A DNA stretch of 63,341 nt, filler included, from Reclinomonas americana ATCC 50394 (Eukaryota): NCBI GenBank assembly GCA_048213135.1. It is 6 parts of 5 records of this genome, joined end to end, with 100 filler letters (N's around TTAATTAATTAA, not from the genome) between each part and the next. Parts side by side here need not be neighbours in the genome. Positions count along the whole stretch, not along the records: positions 22,342 to 26,990 come from PS015464.1; positions 27,091 to 52,565 come from PS015465.1; 4 more parts are not named here. One strand, given 5' to 3'. The notes below the pieces were generated by a model, which ran no database searches, was not told the DNA's origin, and saw only the letters and a list, made by a program, of their open reading frames with translations. A program made the position numbers and the translations under genes. The stretch's first letter is position 1, and the number at the start of each line of letters is the position of its first letter. Below are positions 26,376-37,400 of the stretch, one piece after another.

Positions 26376-26990
26376 TCACTCGGAGTCGACGTCGCTTCCG
26401 GTGACGCTGTCGCTTCCGTCGTCGTCCTCAGTCTCCGACGAGTCCGCCAAGGCTGTGGAGGGAGAAACAAAAAAAGAATCAGGTACTGTTCTGTGTGTAT
26501 TGCTCTTCGCAGGATAATAATGCTTGCACTCACCACCTGCAACAGAGGCCAGGTTGATGGCGGAACTGCCGGGCATGACGATGCGGGCCTGCTGCTCGAC
26601 GAATGCACGAACAAGGTCGAACACTTGTCGAACGAGACGAATGGCCTCGGCGGCCTCGGCTGCCTGGAAACGGTCGGCAGGCGCGGCACCGGCCTCAACG
26701 CGACGGCGCGATGGGTAGCGCGTGGTCGAGTAGTAGCTCTTGACGATGCGGACGCACTCGAGCAACTCGGTGGCGTTCAGTCCGACCGGCGGCTCAATCG
26801 TGAGGCACTCGCGCGCCTGCGTCGTGATCGAGTGGGTGGCGTACACCGGCCGGCCGGCGGCAAACAGAGCCGCCTTCAGGCTCTTCTCGACCACTGTGTG
26901 GAGGAAACACGTGTGAGACGAAACAGCTTCAACATGCGCTACGCTACGTCGCCTACTGTACCTTGGTGGGCCTGGAAGCAGGCATGGGCG
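26376..26990 (-). CDS. HEPN-domain protein, sacsin C-terminal type (3' fragment)
   Basis: ACFQAHQ|.VEKSLKAAL..THSI..YYSTTRYP..AAEAIRLVRQV. Truncated 5' by a contig linker. Confidence 0.7.
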   Translation of the reverse strand, partial: RPCLLPGPPRYSRRRSVAHVEAVSSHTCFLHTVVEKSLKAALFAAGRPVYATHSITTQARECLTIEPPVGLNATELLECVRIVKSYYSTTRYPSRRRVEAGAAPADRFQAAEAAEAIRLVRQVFDLVRAFVEQQARIVMPGSSAINLASVAGGECKHYYPAKSNTHRTVPDSFFVSPSTALADSSETEDDDGSDSVTGSDVDSE

Positions 26991-27090
26991 NNNNNNNNNN
27001 NNNNNNNNNNNNNNNNNNNNNNNNNNNNNNNNNNTTAATTAATTAANNNNNNNNNNNNNNNNNNNNNNNNNNNNNNNNNNNNNNNNNNNN

Positions 27091-30000
27091 TAGTAGTTAG
27101 CAGTGCCAGTGGCCGGTGGCGGCGGCGCGTAGGTGACGGCCGGAGCAGTGTACGGCTGGTTCGGTGGCGGCGCAGTGGTGGCAGCCGGCGGGTTGAACGG
27201 TTGGTAAGTGTTGCGGCACGCGTCAGCCAGATCGAAGCACGGCTTCACTTGGTCCACGCACGTCTGGCAGCCATTGGCGTCAAACGGAGATGCCGGGCAC
27301 GTCGAAAGGACGCATTGAGCAGCTTGGTGACCGCAGTCAGCGTACTTGTCGAAGCACAGCTTGCACTGTTACATACCATGGTGAGATGCGGTCGGTGACA
27401 ACAAAGAAAAATCACACTCCACAAGGACCAACCTGGGGGAAGTTGCTGATGTTGCCGACGCAGATGTCGAGCTGCGGTCCACAGCCCACACACGGCCACT
27501 CGCCATTGCAGTTGTCTACCGCGCTGTGTTGGGAACAATGACAAGCGTCTTGTGAGAACTTGATGGCCAACGAATGTAGGGTGCGATTATTACGAACCAC
27601 TGGTGAGCGGCGACGGTGCACTGGCGGAGCTGGTCAACGCAGAAATTGCGGTCGCTAGAGAATCCTGCGACAGCCGGCGGCGGCGCAGTGTAGGGCTGGT
27701 TCGGCGGCGGTGCGGTGGTGGCAGCAGTCGGTGGGTAGTAGTTGGCAGTGCCAGTGGCCGGTGGCGGTGGCACGTAGGAGCCAGCAGCAGTGCCAGCCGG
27801 TGGGTAGTACGCGGCAGTGCCAGTCGGAGGAATGTACGTGGCAGTGTTCGGGTTGCACGGTCCACTGCTGCAGTTGTTGTTGCAAGCACCCGGATCGGCA
27901 GCGCCAGTGCAATTCTACACAACAGAATAAGCTCGGATGAGTGGCCGAATGACAAGGGACGTCGGGGAGCAAAACTACAAACCTGGCGGCAGAAATCGCA
28001 AGGAGATGCCACAGCAGTCGACGGTGGGTAATAGTTAGCAGTACCAGTGTACGGCTGGTTCGGCGGCGGCGCAGTGCCAGTAGCCGGAGGATAGTACGGC
28101 TGGTTCGGCGGCGGCGCAGTGCCAGTAGCCGGAGGATAGTACGGCTGGTTCGGCGGCGGCGCAGTGCCAGCAGTCGGAGGGTAGTACGGCTGGTTCGGCG
28201 GCGGCGCAGTGTACGGCTGGTTCGGCTGGTTGGCTTGGGTGCAAGCGTCGGCCTGGGCGAAGCACGGGCTCAACTGATCCTTGCACTGCTGGCACACGTC
28301 GGCCTCAGACAGCGACAACGGGCACACAGCAAGAACGCAGTCGACAGCCTGGTGGCCGCAACCGGCGTACTGGTTGAAGCACGGGCCCTGGCACTGCACA
28401 AACGCACGTCGTCAGAATCGAGAGACCAAAGGACAATTTAAATTTTCACACTGTGTTGGTTTGCTTGTGAACAAACCTGAGGGAACGAGCTGATGTTGTT
28501 GATGCAGGCATCAATCTGAGGGGTGCACACGGCGCACGGCCACTGACCGTTGCAGTTCTGGATCGAGCTGCAATACCAAGCACAAGTCAGTCAACGAAGC
28601 AACAAAAGAACCAAGTGACTACGACGACAGTCCACGCACCAGTCGCGACCCATGTTGCCGCACTGGTGAAGTTGCTCCATGCAGAAGTCGCGGTTGTTGT
28701 TGTTGTTGTTGTACGGCTGGTTCGGCGGTGGTGCAGTGCCAGTAGCCGGTGGGTAGTACGGCTGGTTCGGCGGCGGCGCAGTGCCAGTAGCCGGAGGGTA
28801 GTACGGCTGGTTCGGCGGCGGCGCAGTGCCAGTAGCCGGAGGATAGTACGGCTGATTCGGCGGCGGCGCAGTGCCAGTAGCCGGAGGATAGTACGGCTGG
28901 TTCGGCGGCGGCGCAGTGCCAGCAGTCGGAGGGTAGTACGGCTGGTTCGGCGGCGGCGCAGTGCCAGCAGTCGGAGGGTAGTACGGCTGGTTCGGCGGCG
29001 GCGCAGTGTACGGCTGGTTCGGCTGGTTGGCTTGGGTGCAAGCGTCGGCCTGGGCGAAGCACGGGCTCAACTGATCCTTGCACTGCTGGCACACGTCGGC
29101 CTCAGACAGCGACAACGGGCACACAGCAAGAACGCAGCCGACAGCCTGGTGGCCGCAACCGGCATACTGGTTGAAGCACGGGCCCTGGCACTGCACAAGC
29201 ATATGTCGTGAGAATCGAGACACAAACCCCTTGCGTGTGCTTCCGTGCAAACCTGAGGGAACGAGCCAATGTTGTTGATGCAGGCATCAATCTGAGGGGT
29301 GCACACGGCGCACGGCCACTGACCGTTGCAGTTCTGGATCGAGCTGCAATACCAAGCAAAAACAAGTCAGTCAACGAAGCAAAAAAAAAAAGAACCAAGT
29401 GACTACGACGACAGTCAACGCACCAGTCGCGACCCAAGTTACCGCACTGGTGGAGTTGCTCCATGCAGAAGTCGCCGTTGTTGTTGTTGTACGGCTGGTT
29501 CGGCGGCGGCGCAGTGCCAGTAGCCGGTGGGTAGTACGGCTGGTTCGGCGGCGGCGCAGTGCCAGTAGCCGGTGGGTAGTACGGCTGGTTCGGCGGCGGC
29601 GCAGTGCCAGTAGCCGGAGGATAGTACGGCTGGTTCGGCGGCGGCGCAGTGCCAGCAGTCGGAGGGTAGTACGGCTGGTTCGGCGGCGGCGCAGTGTACG
29701 GCTGGTTCGGCTGGTTGGCTTGGGTGCAAGCGTCGGCCTGGGCGAAGCACGGGCTCAACTGATCCTTGCACTGCTGGCACACATCGGCCTCAAACAGCGA
29801 CGACGGGCACACAGCAAGAACGCAGTCAACAGCCTGGTGGCCGCAACCGGCGTACTGGTTGAAGCACGGGCCCTGGCACTGCACGAGCGTATGTCGTGAG
29901 AATAGAGACACAAACCCCTTGCGTGTGCTTCCGTGCAAACCTGAGGGAACGAGCCAATGTTGTTGATGCAGGCATCAATCTGCGGGGTGCACACAGCGCA

Positions 30001-31731
30001 CGGCCACTGGCCGTTGCATTGCTGGATCGAGCTGCAATGAAGGGCAAGAAATTAGTCAGTTGATAAAAAATGGAAGACCACGACAATCCACGCACCAGTT
30101 GCGGGCCATGATGCCGCACTGGTGGAGCTGCTCCATGCAGAAGTCACGGTTGTTGTTGCCACCGCTGGTGTTCGGCGGCTGAGCGTTTCCGTTCCAGCAC
30201 GGGCCACCCGTCGCCTGGCATGCGGCGTTGCATGAAGCCGGGTTCGTGCTCTGGTTGCAGTTCTGTGAAGCACACACGACAGTCAGAGCCTGTAAAAGCA
30301 TTCACACCAACGGCTGCATGACGCACAATGTGGCACGCATCGCAAGGGTTCTGCGGCTGCGGCTGCGGCTGTTGGTAAGTGGTGTTCCAGCAAGGGCCAC
30401 CGGCGGCCTGGCAGGCGTTGTGGCACTCTGGCACGTTGGGTGCAAATGCGCACGAGTTGTGGCACGAATCGCAGGGGTTCTGCGACATCGGCGGCTGAGC
30501 AGTTCCGTTCCAGCACGGACCACCCGTCGCCTGGCATGCGGCGTTGCATGAAGCCGGGTTCGTGCTCTGGTTGCAGTTCTGTGAAGCACACACGACAGTC
30601 AGAGCCTGTAAAAACATTCACACCAACGGCTGCACGACGCACAATGTGGCACGCATCGCAAGGGTTCTGCGGCTGTGGCTGAGGCTGCGGGTTCGCGCTG
30701 TTCCAGCACGGGCCACCGGCAACCTGGCAGGCGTTGTGGCACGCGGAAGTGTTGTTCACGCCAACACACGAGTTGTGGCATGCATCGCACGGGTTCTGTG
30801 GCGGCGGTGGCTGCTGGTACGTGGTATTCCAGCACGGGCCACCAGTGGCCTGGCAGGCGTCGTGGCATGCGGTCGGGCTCGGGCTCTGGTTGCAGTTCTG
30901 CAACAAGCACACACACCGCGGTCAGAATGTGCAAACCAACACCTCACACTAACTGGCGGGCAACATGACGCACCATGTGGCAGGCATCGCATGGGTTCTG
31001 CGGCTGGGGCTGCGTCTGCACGGTCGAGCAGCCACTGTGGATGCAAGAAAAAAGGTTAGCACACAAAAGAGGACAAATGCTGCTGTAGAGACACACTNNN
31101 NNNNNNNNNNNNNNNNNGTTGCGGCAGGCGCAGTTGCTGGCGATGCATGCGTTGATGCAGATGGCGTCATTCGGCAAGCAAGCAGACGAGCAAGTGCCGA
31201 ACATGGAGCCACACTGCGGGTCGCAGGTGCCACATGACGACGGCACAGCGGGGAAGGCAGGCGGAGGCGGTGCTGTTGTGTGACAATGTTGAGAACACAG
31301 AAACAGAACACACAAACAAACCAGGCACGCGCGAGAGTGAGAAGAAAAAAAAGAGCGCGCGCGCGCGAAAAAAGAAAAAGCAAGATGACATGCCGCCATG
31401 TCGGTCCTCCGCCCTCTCCTCCTTCTGCAGCCCACCCCCCAACACCACGCAACACATACCAGTGGAGCAGTCTGTTGAGGCGCCGCACGAACAGAAAGAC
31501 GCAAGAAACACGCACGGAGGAGTGGTGAGAAAAAAGTGATTTCGCGCGCAAAAAATCTCGGAAATAGCAGATCAGCCACGCACCGCCCGTCACGCACAGA
31601 CCATCGAGGGCAAAGATGATGCTGTCGACGGCTGCATCCTGGTTGCCACGCAGGGAGGCCGAGGTGGCAAACGCAGCGGCCACCAGGGTGAGCAGCAGCG
31701 AGATCAGAAGCACGCTCTTGACGCGGCTCAT
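27091..31731 (-). CDS. Secreted Cys-rich and Pro/Tyr-rich modular repeat protein (3' truncated)
   Basis: Signal peptide MSRVKSVLLISLLLTLVAAAFATSAS. Modules NPCDACH.NC...C..ACQ..GGPCWN and DFCMEQLHQC..CQGPCFNQYAGCGHQAV.CVLAVCP..CQQCKDQLSPCFAQADAC. Arrays of TAPPPNQPYYPPATG. Confidence 0.75.
28050..30060. repeat. Tandem ~690-800 bp exon+intron cassettes containing 45-bp minisatellites (4, 6 and 3 units)
   Basis: ccctggcact anchor at 29871, 29183 and 28386. The 45-nt unit is gtacggctggttcggcggcggcgcagtgccagtagccggaggata. Confidence 0.9.
30190..31010. repeat. Tandem ~315 bp exon+intron cassettes (Cys-rich module)
   Basis: Near-identical blocks at ~30195-30360 and ~30510-30675, including the intron; a third copy is more diverged. 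Confidence 0.85.
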
Positions 31732-32036
31732 GAGGCGGGAAATAATCACGGAGATGTTACACGGAGAAAAGGAAGAAAGGTATCGCCTTCTTGCAGCTGC
31801 ACACACATGGGGGGGGGAGGAGGAGAGTGCAGTGAGCCACACAGACGCACGACGAGGGAGAGTGAAAATGACGAGTTGTCTTTGCTCACCACGCTAGAAG
31901 AAAAACGATGAGGTCGAATATGCAGTCGCGGAAATGAAGTTTTCGCGCGCAAACAAAACAATTGAAGTCCCGCGCATCTAATCGCAACGGCTCTTGCCCC
32001 AGTCATGTACCGCGCTTGCTGGTCGTGGGCGCAGTT

Positions 32037-32279
32037 TCATCGGAAGACTGCGACGCTACGCACATGCACACGGCACGCGCAGCGCTTGCAGCGACGGTGC
32101 TTGCATGTTTGAATGACTGGCAAGACCCACGCTNNNNNNNNNNNNNNNNNNNNTAAAGTACAGCAGCGTTTACCTTGATCGACAGCGCGCGAGGCCATCA
32201 CTGCGGGCGCGGTCAACGCCACCAACAACGACAGCAGCAGCAGTTCGAGCGATAGTGATATAAAGCCACGATGCCTCAT
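32037..32279 (-). CDS. Putative small secreted cationic Cys-containing peptide (~61 aa)
   Basis: MRHRGFISLSLELLLLSLLVALTAPAVMASRAVDQ g|gtaaac...gccag|tc VIQTCKHRRCKRCACRVHVRSVAVFR-stop. The intron contains a 20-N gap. Confidence 0.4.
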   Translation of the reverse strand: MRHRGFISLSLELLLLSLLVALTAPAVMASRAVDQGKRCCTLXXXXXXXAWVLPVIQTCKHRRCKRCACRVHVRSVAVFR

Positions 32280-32556
32280 GTTATATCGATGGAGGAGAAG
32301 AGGGAGGAGGAGGAGAGGGGAACGTCTGCAGAGGAGATCGGTGGGAGAGCGGGGGGCGCGCGCGAGAGGCGATCGATCGATTGAGGAAACGACTTCAACA
32401 GGACATCGACGTTCGTTGTGTTTGTCGCAAAAAGAAAACGCCCATGAAGCTGCCGATCGGTGCAGGCACGTGCGTACGTTTCCCACTGTTCGCCACCGCG
32501 TTGCATGAACACCAACATGTCAAGATTGCAGGACGGACGACGTCGTTGCGTTTCGT

Positions 32557-34339
32557 ATGTCGGCATTTGAGACAAGCGCGTGGTCGCTCATCTTCTGTGC
32601 GTGCGTCCTTTTTGTCACAAAGTAAGTGTTGCTCTCGTACCCACGGTCTCCTCTGATCGCCAGCGTTTCTCGAGTGCTCCGACTTTGTCGCACAATGGCG
32701 AGTCAGTCGCGAGTGGTGCTCGGCCTTTGGTGCGCCCTCCCTCCCTCCCTCCCTCCTTCTCTCTCACCACACAGCTGACTGGCACTTTCACGCAGAGGCG
32801 GCACTGAGCAATGTACAGGTGAGCACAGCGCGACATCGTGGCGAGTTGGGCCGTCTGTGTCAGCTCTTTCCGGGAGTGCGACTTGTCGACGCGCACTCGT
32901 CGCGGCTCTGTGATGCCGAGCTGGCGACACTGATGCAGACGCCGTGCGCTCTGTGTACACTGAATCTCGCCGACAATGCACTCACTGCCACTGGCGTGCA
33001 CCGGCTGGCCACGGCGTTGAAGGCGGAGCTGTCGGAGGTGACCAGTGTCGACGTGTCGCGCAATGCCATGGGTGCGGATGGACTGCGTTTCTTGGCGGCA
33101 GCGGTGCGGTCGGGCAAGAGTGCAGTGCGCGGGCTGAGTATGGCGGGTGCGGGGGTGCCACCGCGCGACACGTCGCGATTGTTGGGGGATGCGCTGCGCG
33201 ATGGGAACTGTCGACTGCGCTCGTTGGACATTGGCAAGAGTGCGCTGATGCAGCAGAATGGAGAGCACTTGAACACGTTGCTGCTGGAGGGAGTGCGGGC
33301 CAGTCGCTCGCTCGAGTCCCTCAATCTCAGTCAGAATGGACTGGGAGACGGTGGCTCGGCGATCGTGGCGCTGTGGTTGGTGCGTGAACAGGAGGATGTG
33401 GAGATGGTGAGTGACGATGTTGTTGGGGGTGACGGTGGCGGTGGCATTCGCATGCTGAGTTTGGCCGGCAACGAGATCGCCGACGCGGGCATGGAGGTGT
33501 TGGGCGCGGCGCTGTCGGTGAACAGCACGCTCACGTCGCTCAGCCTCAATTGTTTCGTGTGTGTGGCTGTGCCCTCTGCCGCGTCTCTCTGATCATGATC
33601 GCTCACTCCTCTGCCGCCCCCCCGCCAGTCAACGCCATTACCAGCACGGGTGCACGGGCGCTGTCCACCGTGCTTCTCGCGTCGACACCGCTGCGCTACC
33701 TCGACTGCGGTCGAAATCCGCTCGCCGACGACGGCGTCACGCTGCTGGCGGAAGCGCTGCGCCACAACCGCACGCTCGAGACGCTCGACTTGACATGTAC
33801 TTTTGTCTGCCTCGTGCTGTTCCTCGCCGACTCCGTTCCCTCACTCCCCTGTTATATATCCACAGTAACTCGCATGTCCACCAGATCGGCCGTCACGCTC
33901 TCCCACGCACTGGCCCACAACTCCACTCTCCACCGACTCAATCTCAGTCACAACGCCATTGGCGACGATGGTGTGCAGTCGATGGTCGAGGTGGCCGCAT
34001 CGCCAGCATGCGGCTTGCGCTCTCTCAGTGTCGCAGGTGAGCAGGGCGCGCGTGCGCTCTCGAAGACACTTCGAGAGAGAAAAGCTCACCCGATCGCCAC
34101 ACAGCCAACGGGATTGGCCGACCCGGCGCCCTCGGCTGCGCCAGCTTCCTCATGCAAGCCACCGATTCACTGCGCCACCTCGACATCAGTGGTTCGTACA
34201 CGTAGCACGCAAGCAAGCCATCTCTTCCTTCCACTCACCTTCGCGCGCACTTGCAGGCAACCCCGCGATCGGACCAGCCGCCAAGAAGATCTTTAGCGCC
34301 GTCCTCTACACCAATCGCACGATTGAGATTGTATTATGA
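32557..34339 (+). CDS. F-box + RNI-like leucine-rich repeat protein
   Basis: Spliced N-terminus MSAFETSAWSLIFSFLECSDFVAQWRVSREWCSAF is F-box-like. About 28-aa LRRs follow: LESLNLSQNGLGDGG, LSLAGNEIADAG, LHRLNLSHNAIGDDG. Stop TGA at 34337-34339. Confidence 0.75.
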
Positions 34340-34443
34340 ACGTATGCAGTGCTGCACACAAGCACCGCACAGTGTGAAGTTCCCCAGCGACGAGTTGTCT
34401 TCCGTCGTTGTCACGTGAAGTCAATCGTATTGAGATTTTCGAG

Positions 34444-37400
34444 ATGGAGGTGGACGCCGACCTCTTCTCCTATGATCGCCTGGGATCGGCCTCGAGCATG
34501 CGGCACTCCTCGGGCTCTCGCATCGGCACCTCCTCCTTGTCTTCCTCTTCCTCCTCCTCCACTGCGGCTGCTGCTGCTGCCTCCTCTTCATTAGCCTCCT
34601 CGTCAGCGCGCGATGCACGTGCAGTCACCGTGACACTCGACGGTCAAAAGGTGGACATCCACGCTGATGAGCTNNNNNNNNNNNNNNNNNNNNNNNNNNN
34701 NNNNNNNNNNNNNNNNNNNNNNNNNNNNNNNNNNNNNNNNNNNNNNNNNNNNNNNNNNNNNNNNNNNNNNNNNNNNNNNNNNNNNNNNNNNNNNNNNNNN
34801 NNNNNNNNNNNNNNNNNNNNNNNNNNNNNNNNNNNNNNNNNNNNNNNNNNNNNNNNNNNNNNNNNNNNNNNNNNNNNNNNNNNNNNNNNNNNNNNNNNNN
34901 NNNNNNNNNNNNNNNNNNNNNNNNNNNNNNNNNNNNNNNNNNNNNNNNNNNNNNNNNNNNNNNNNNNNNNNNNNNNNNNNNNNNNNNNNNNNNNNNNNNN
35001 NGGAAACATCGACAGCACCTGTCCCAAGCGAGCGGGAATGTACAGGTCGTCGCCCTGCTGTGCGCTGAGAAACTGCGACTTGGCACGCTTGTACTTTTCC
35101 TCCAAGTAGTACTCGAGACCTGGTCAGGTGAGGGTCAAAAAAACAAAACGATGATGGTGGTGGTAATGATGGGCGTGGCAACGCACCAAGACCGACCCAG
35201 TACATGGGCGGCAGCGAGTTCCTCGTCGGCAGCTGATTGTAGCAGTCGCGCGCCTTCTCCAAAAACGCATTGCGTTTCGTGTCGTCGGCTTCTGCGCCAG
35301 CCTGCTCGACGTAGAACGCCGCCAGCGTGTTGACAATGTTGAACTGATCGGCAGGCCGATCGAGATGATCGTCGGTGTTGAAGGTGGTCTTGCGCGCCGT
35401 CTCTAGAATCTCCACAAACTTGCTCGTGTCGCCGAGCGTGTAGTACGCCAGCGCGTAGTTGAGCCAGATGGGCAACGGAGCGAGGTTCTCCGTCAGCAGC
35501 ACAGTGACCTCGCGAGCGGTCTCCGGCAGCGACAACTGCAACTCCTGCGCAGCGTCAAACGCCGCTGCAATGATGCGGTTGCAGGCGTCATCTCGATTGC
35601 TGCGGTACAGCGTGCCCTACACACACACACACACACACACGCGAGACGAGGTGAGCGGGGGCAGAGGCAGAGAGAGGGAAGAGAGACAACAACTGAACTG
35701 CAAAGCGGATCCAAATGCGCGGTGGCAGCGGGTACCGATGCAACAGGTCGGTGAGCTGATCACACACACGATCGTTGGGGATGTCGCCTGGTGGTGGCAC
35801 GCGGTTGAGTCACTCACACACACACACTCTCTCTCACTGAGTCACACGCAACGAGTGCAATACGCGGCCGCCTTCTCAAGAATGATCTGCACGTTGCTCA
35901 GCGTGCCGTACTTGGGGTTGTTGCCATACATGCACTGCAGAAAGAACAACAACAACAACCACAGGAGAGTGTCACAGAGGTGCAAGTGCAGCCTCGACAT
36001 GGCGCGCACACACACACACACCGCCAGTGTGACAAAGGCCTCAAGTGGGCAGGCGTTTGCCGCAAACATATCCACCAGCTCGCCTGCGTCTTCCACCNNN
36101 NNNNNNNNNNNNNNNNNNNNNNNNNNNNNNNNNNNNNNNNNNNNNNNNNNNNNNNNNNNNNNNNNNNNNNNNNNNNNNNNNNNNNNNNNNNNNNNNNNNN
36201 NNNNNNNNNNNNNNNNNNNNNNNNNNNNNNNNNNNNNNNNNNNNNNNNNNNNNNNNNNNNNNNNNNNNNNNNNNNNNNNNNNNNNNNNNNNNNNNNNNNN
36301 NNNNNNNNNNNNNNNNNNNNNNNNNNNNNNNNNNNNNNNNNNNNNNNNNNNNNNNNNNNNNNNNNNNNNNNNNNNNNNNNNNNNNNNNNNNNNNNNNNNN
36401 NNNNNNNNNNNNNNNNNNNNNNNNNNNNNNNNNNNNNNNNNNNNNNNNNNNNNNNNNNNNNNNNNNNNNNNNNNNNNNNNNNNNNNNNNNNNNNNNNNNN
36501 NNNNNNNNNNNNNNNNNNNNNNNNNNNNNNNNTGCGCCTCTTCACATTGCGCATCCCCTCATCTTTCTCCTCCAGGCTCTCGTGCACTTTACCGAGGGCG
36601 AGTACGACAAGGCGTTTGAGATGTACAAGGAGGCGTTGCGGCTGAACCCGACGGTGCCCGCGAATGTTCGTCTCGGTCTCGGCTACTGCTACTTCCACCA
36701 GAAGCGTGTGGATCGAGCACGCGACTGCTTTGACCGAGTGCTCGCCCTCGACGAGCAGAGTGTGGAGGCGCGTGTGGGCCTGGCGGTGTGCGAGCTGCAG
36801 GACGACAAGCCAGATCGACTCGATCGCGCCCTGAACTTGATTCGCGAAGCGTACCAGCTGAATGGCGATCATTCTGTGGTGCTCAACTACGTGGCCGACC
36901 ACTTGTTCTTCCTCGGGCGTGTCGCAGAGGTTTTGCGTGGAGTGTGGTTCTTATTGCTGTTGCGACTGCGAGCTAAGTATGTGTGTTTGTGTGCAGGCGC
37001 GGCAACTCGCCGAAGTCGCCCTGCACAACACCCGAGTGGTGGAGGTGCAGGCCATGAGCCACTTCATTCTCGCCAAAGTGGCGCACTTGCACAGCGATTT
37101 CGACACTGCCTTTGTACACTATCGCCAGGCGGTCGACAAGTCCAACACGTTTTCACTGGCGCTCTTTGGCCTCGGTCAGATCTACCTGTACCGTGGTGAC
37201 GAAAACAAGGCGTTGGAGCAGTTTGAGAAGGTGCTCGATGCCTATCCCAACAACTACGAGACGCTGAAGGTCCGAACCGGAGACGGCGACAACGAGTGTG
37301 TGTGTGTGAATATGGGGGAAACTTATTACTTGTTGCAGATTCTCGGTTCGCTGTACATGAAGCTCGGACGTGAGGCGGAGGCGTTACAGGTGGTGCAGAA

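Noticed and set aside
28050..29700. Regular 45-bp repeats resembling a CRISPR array
   Set aside because: Head-to-tail coding minisatellite with no unique spacers and no cas genes, in a eukaryotic context.
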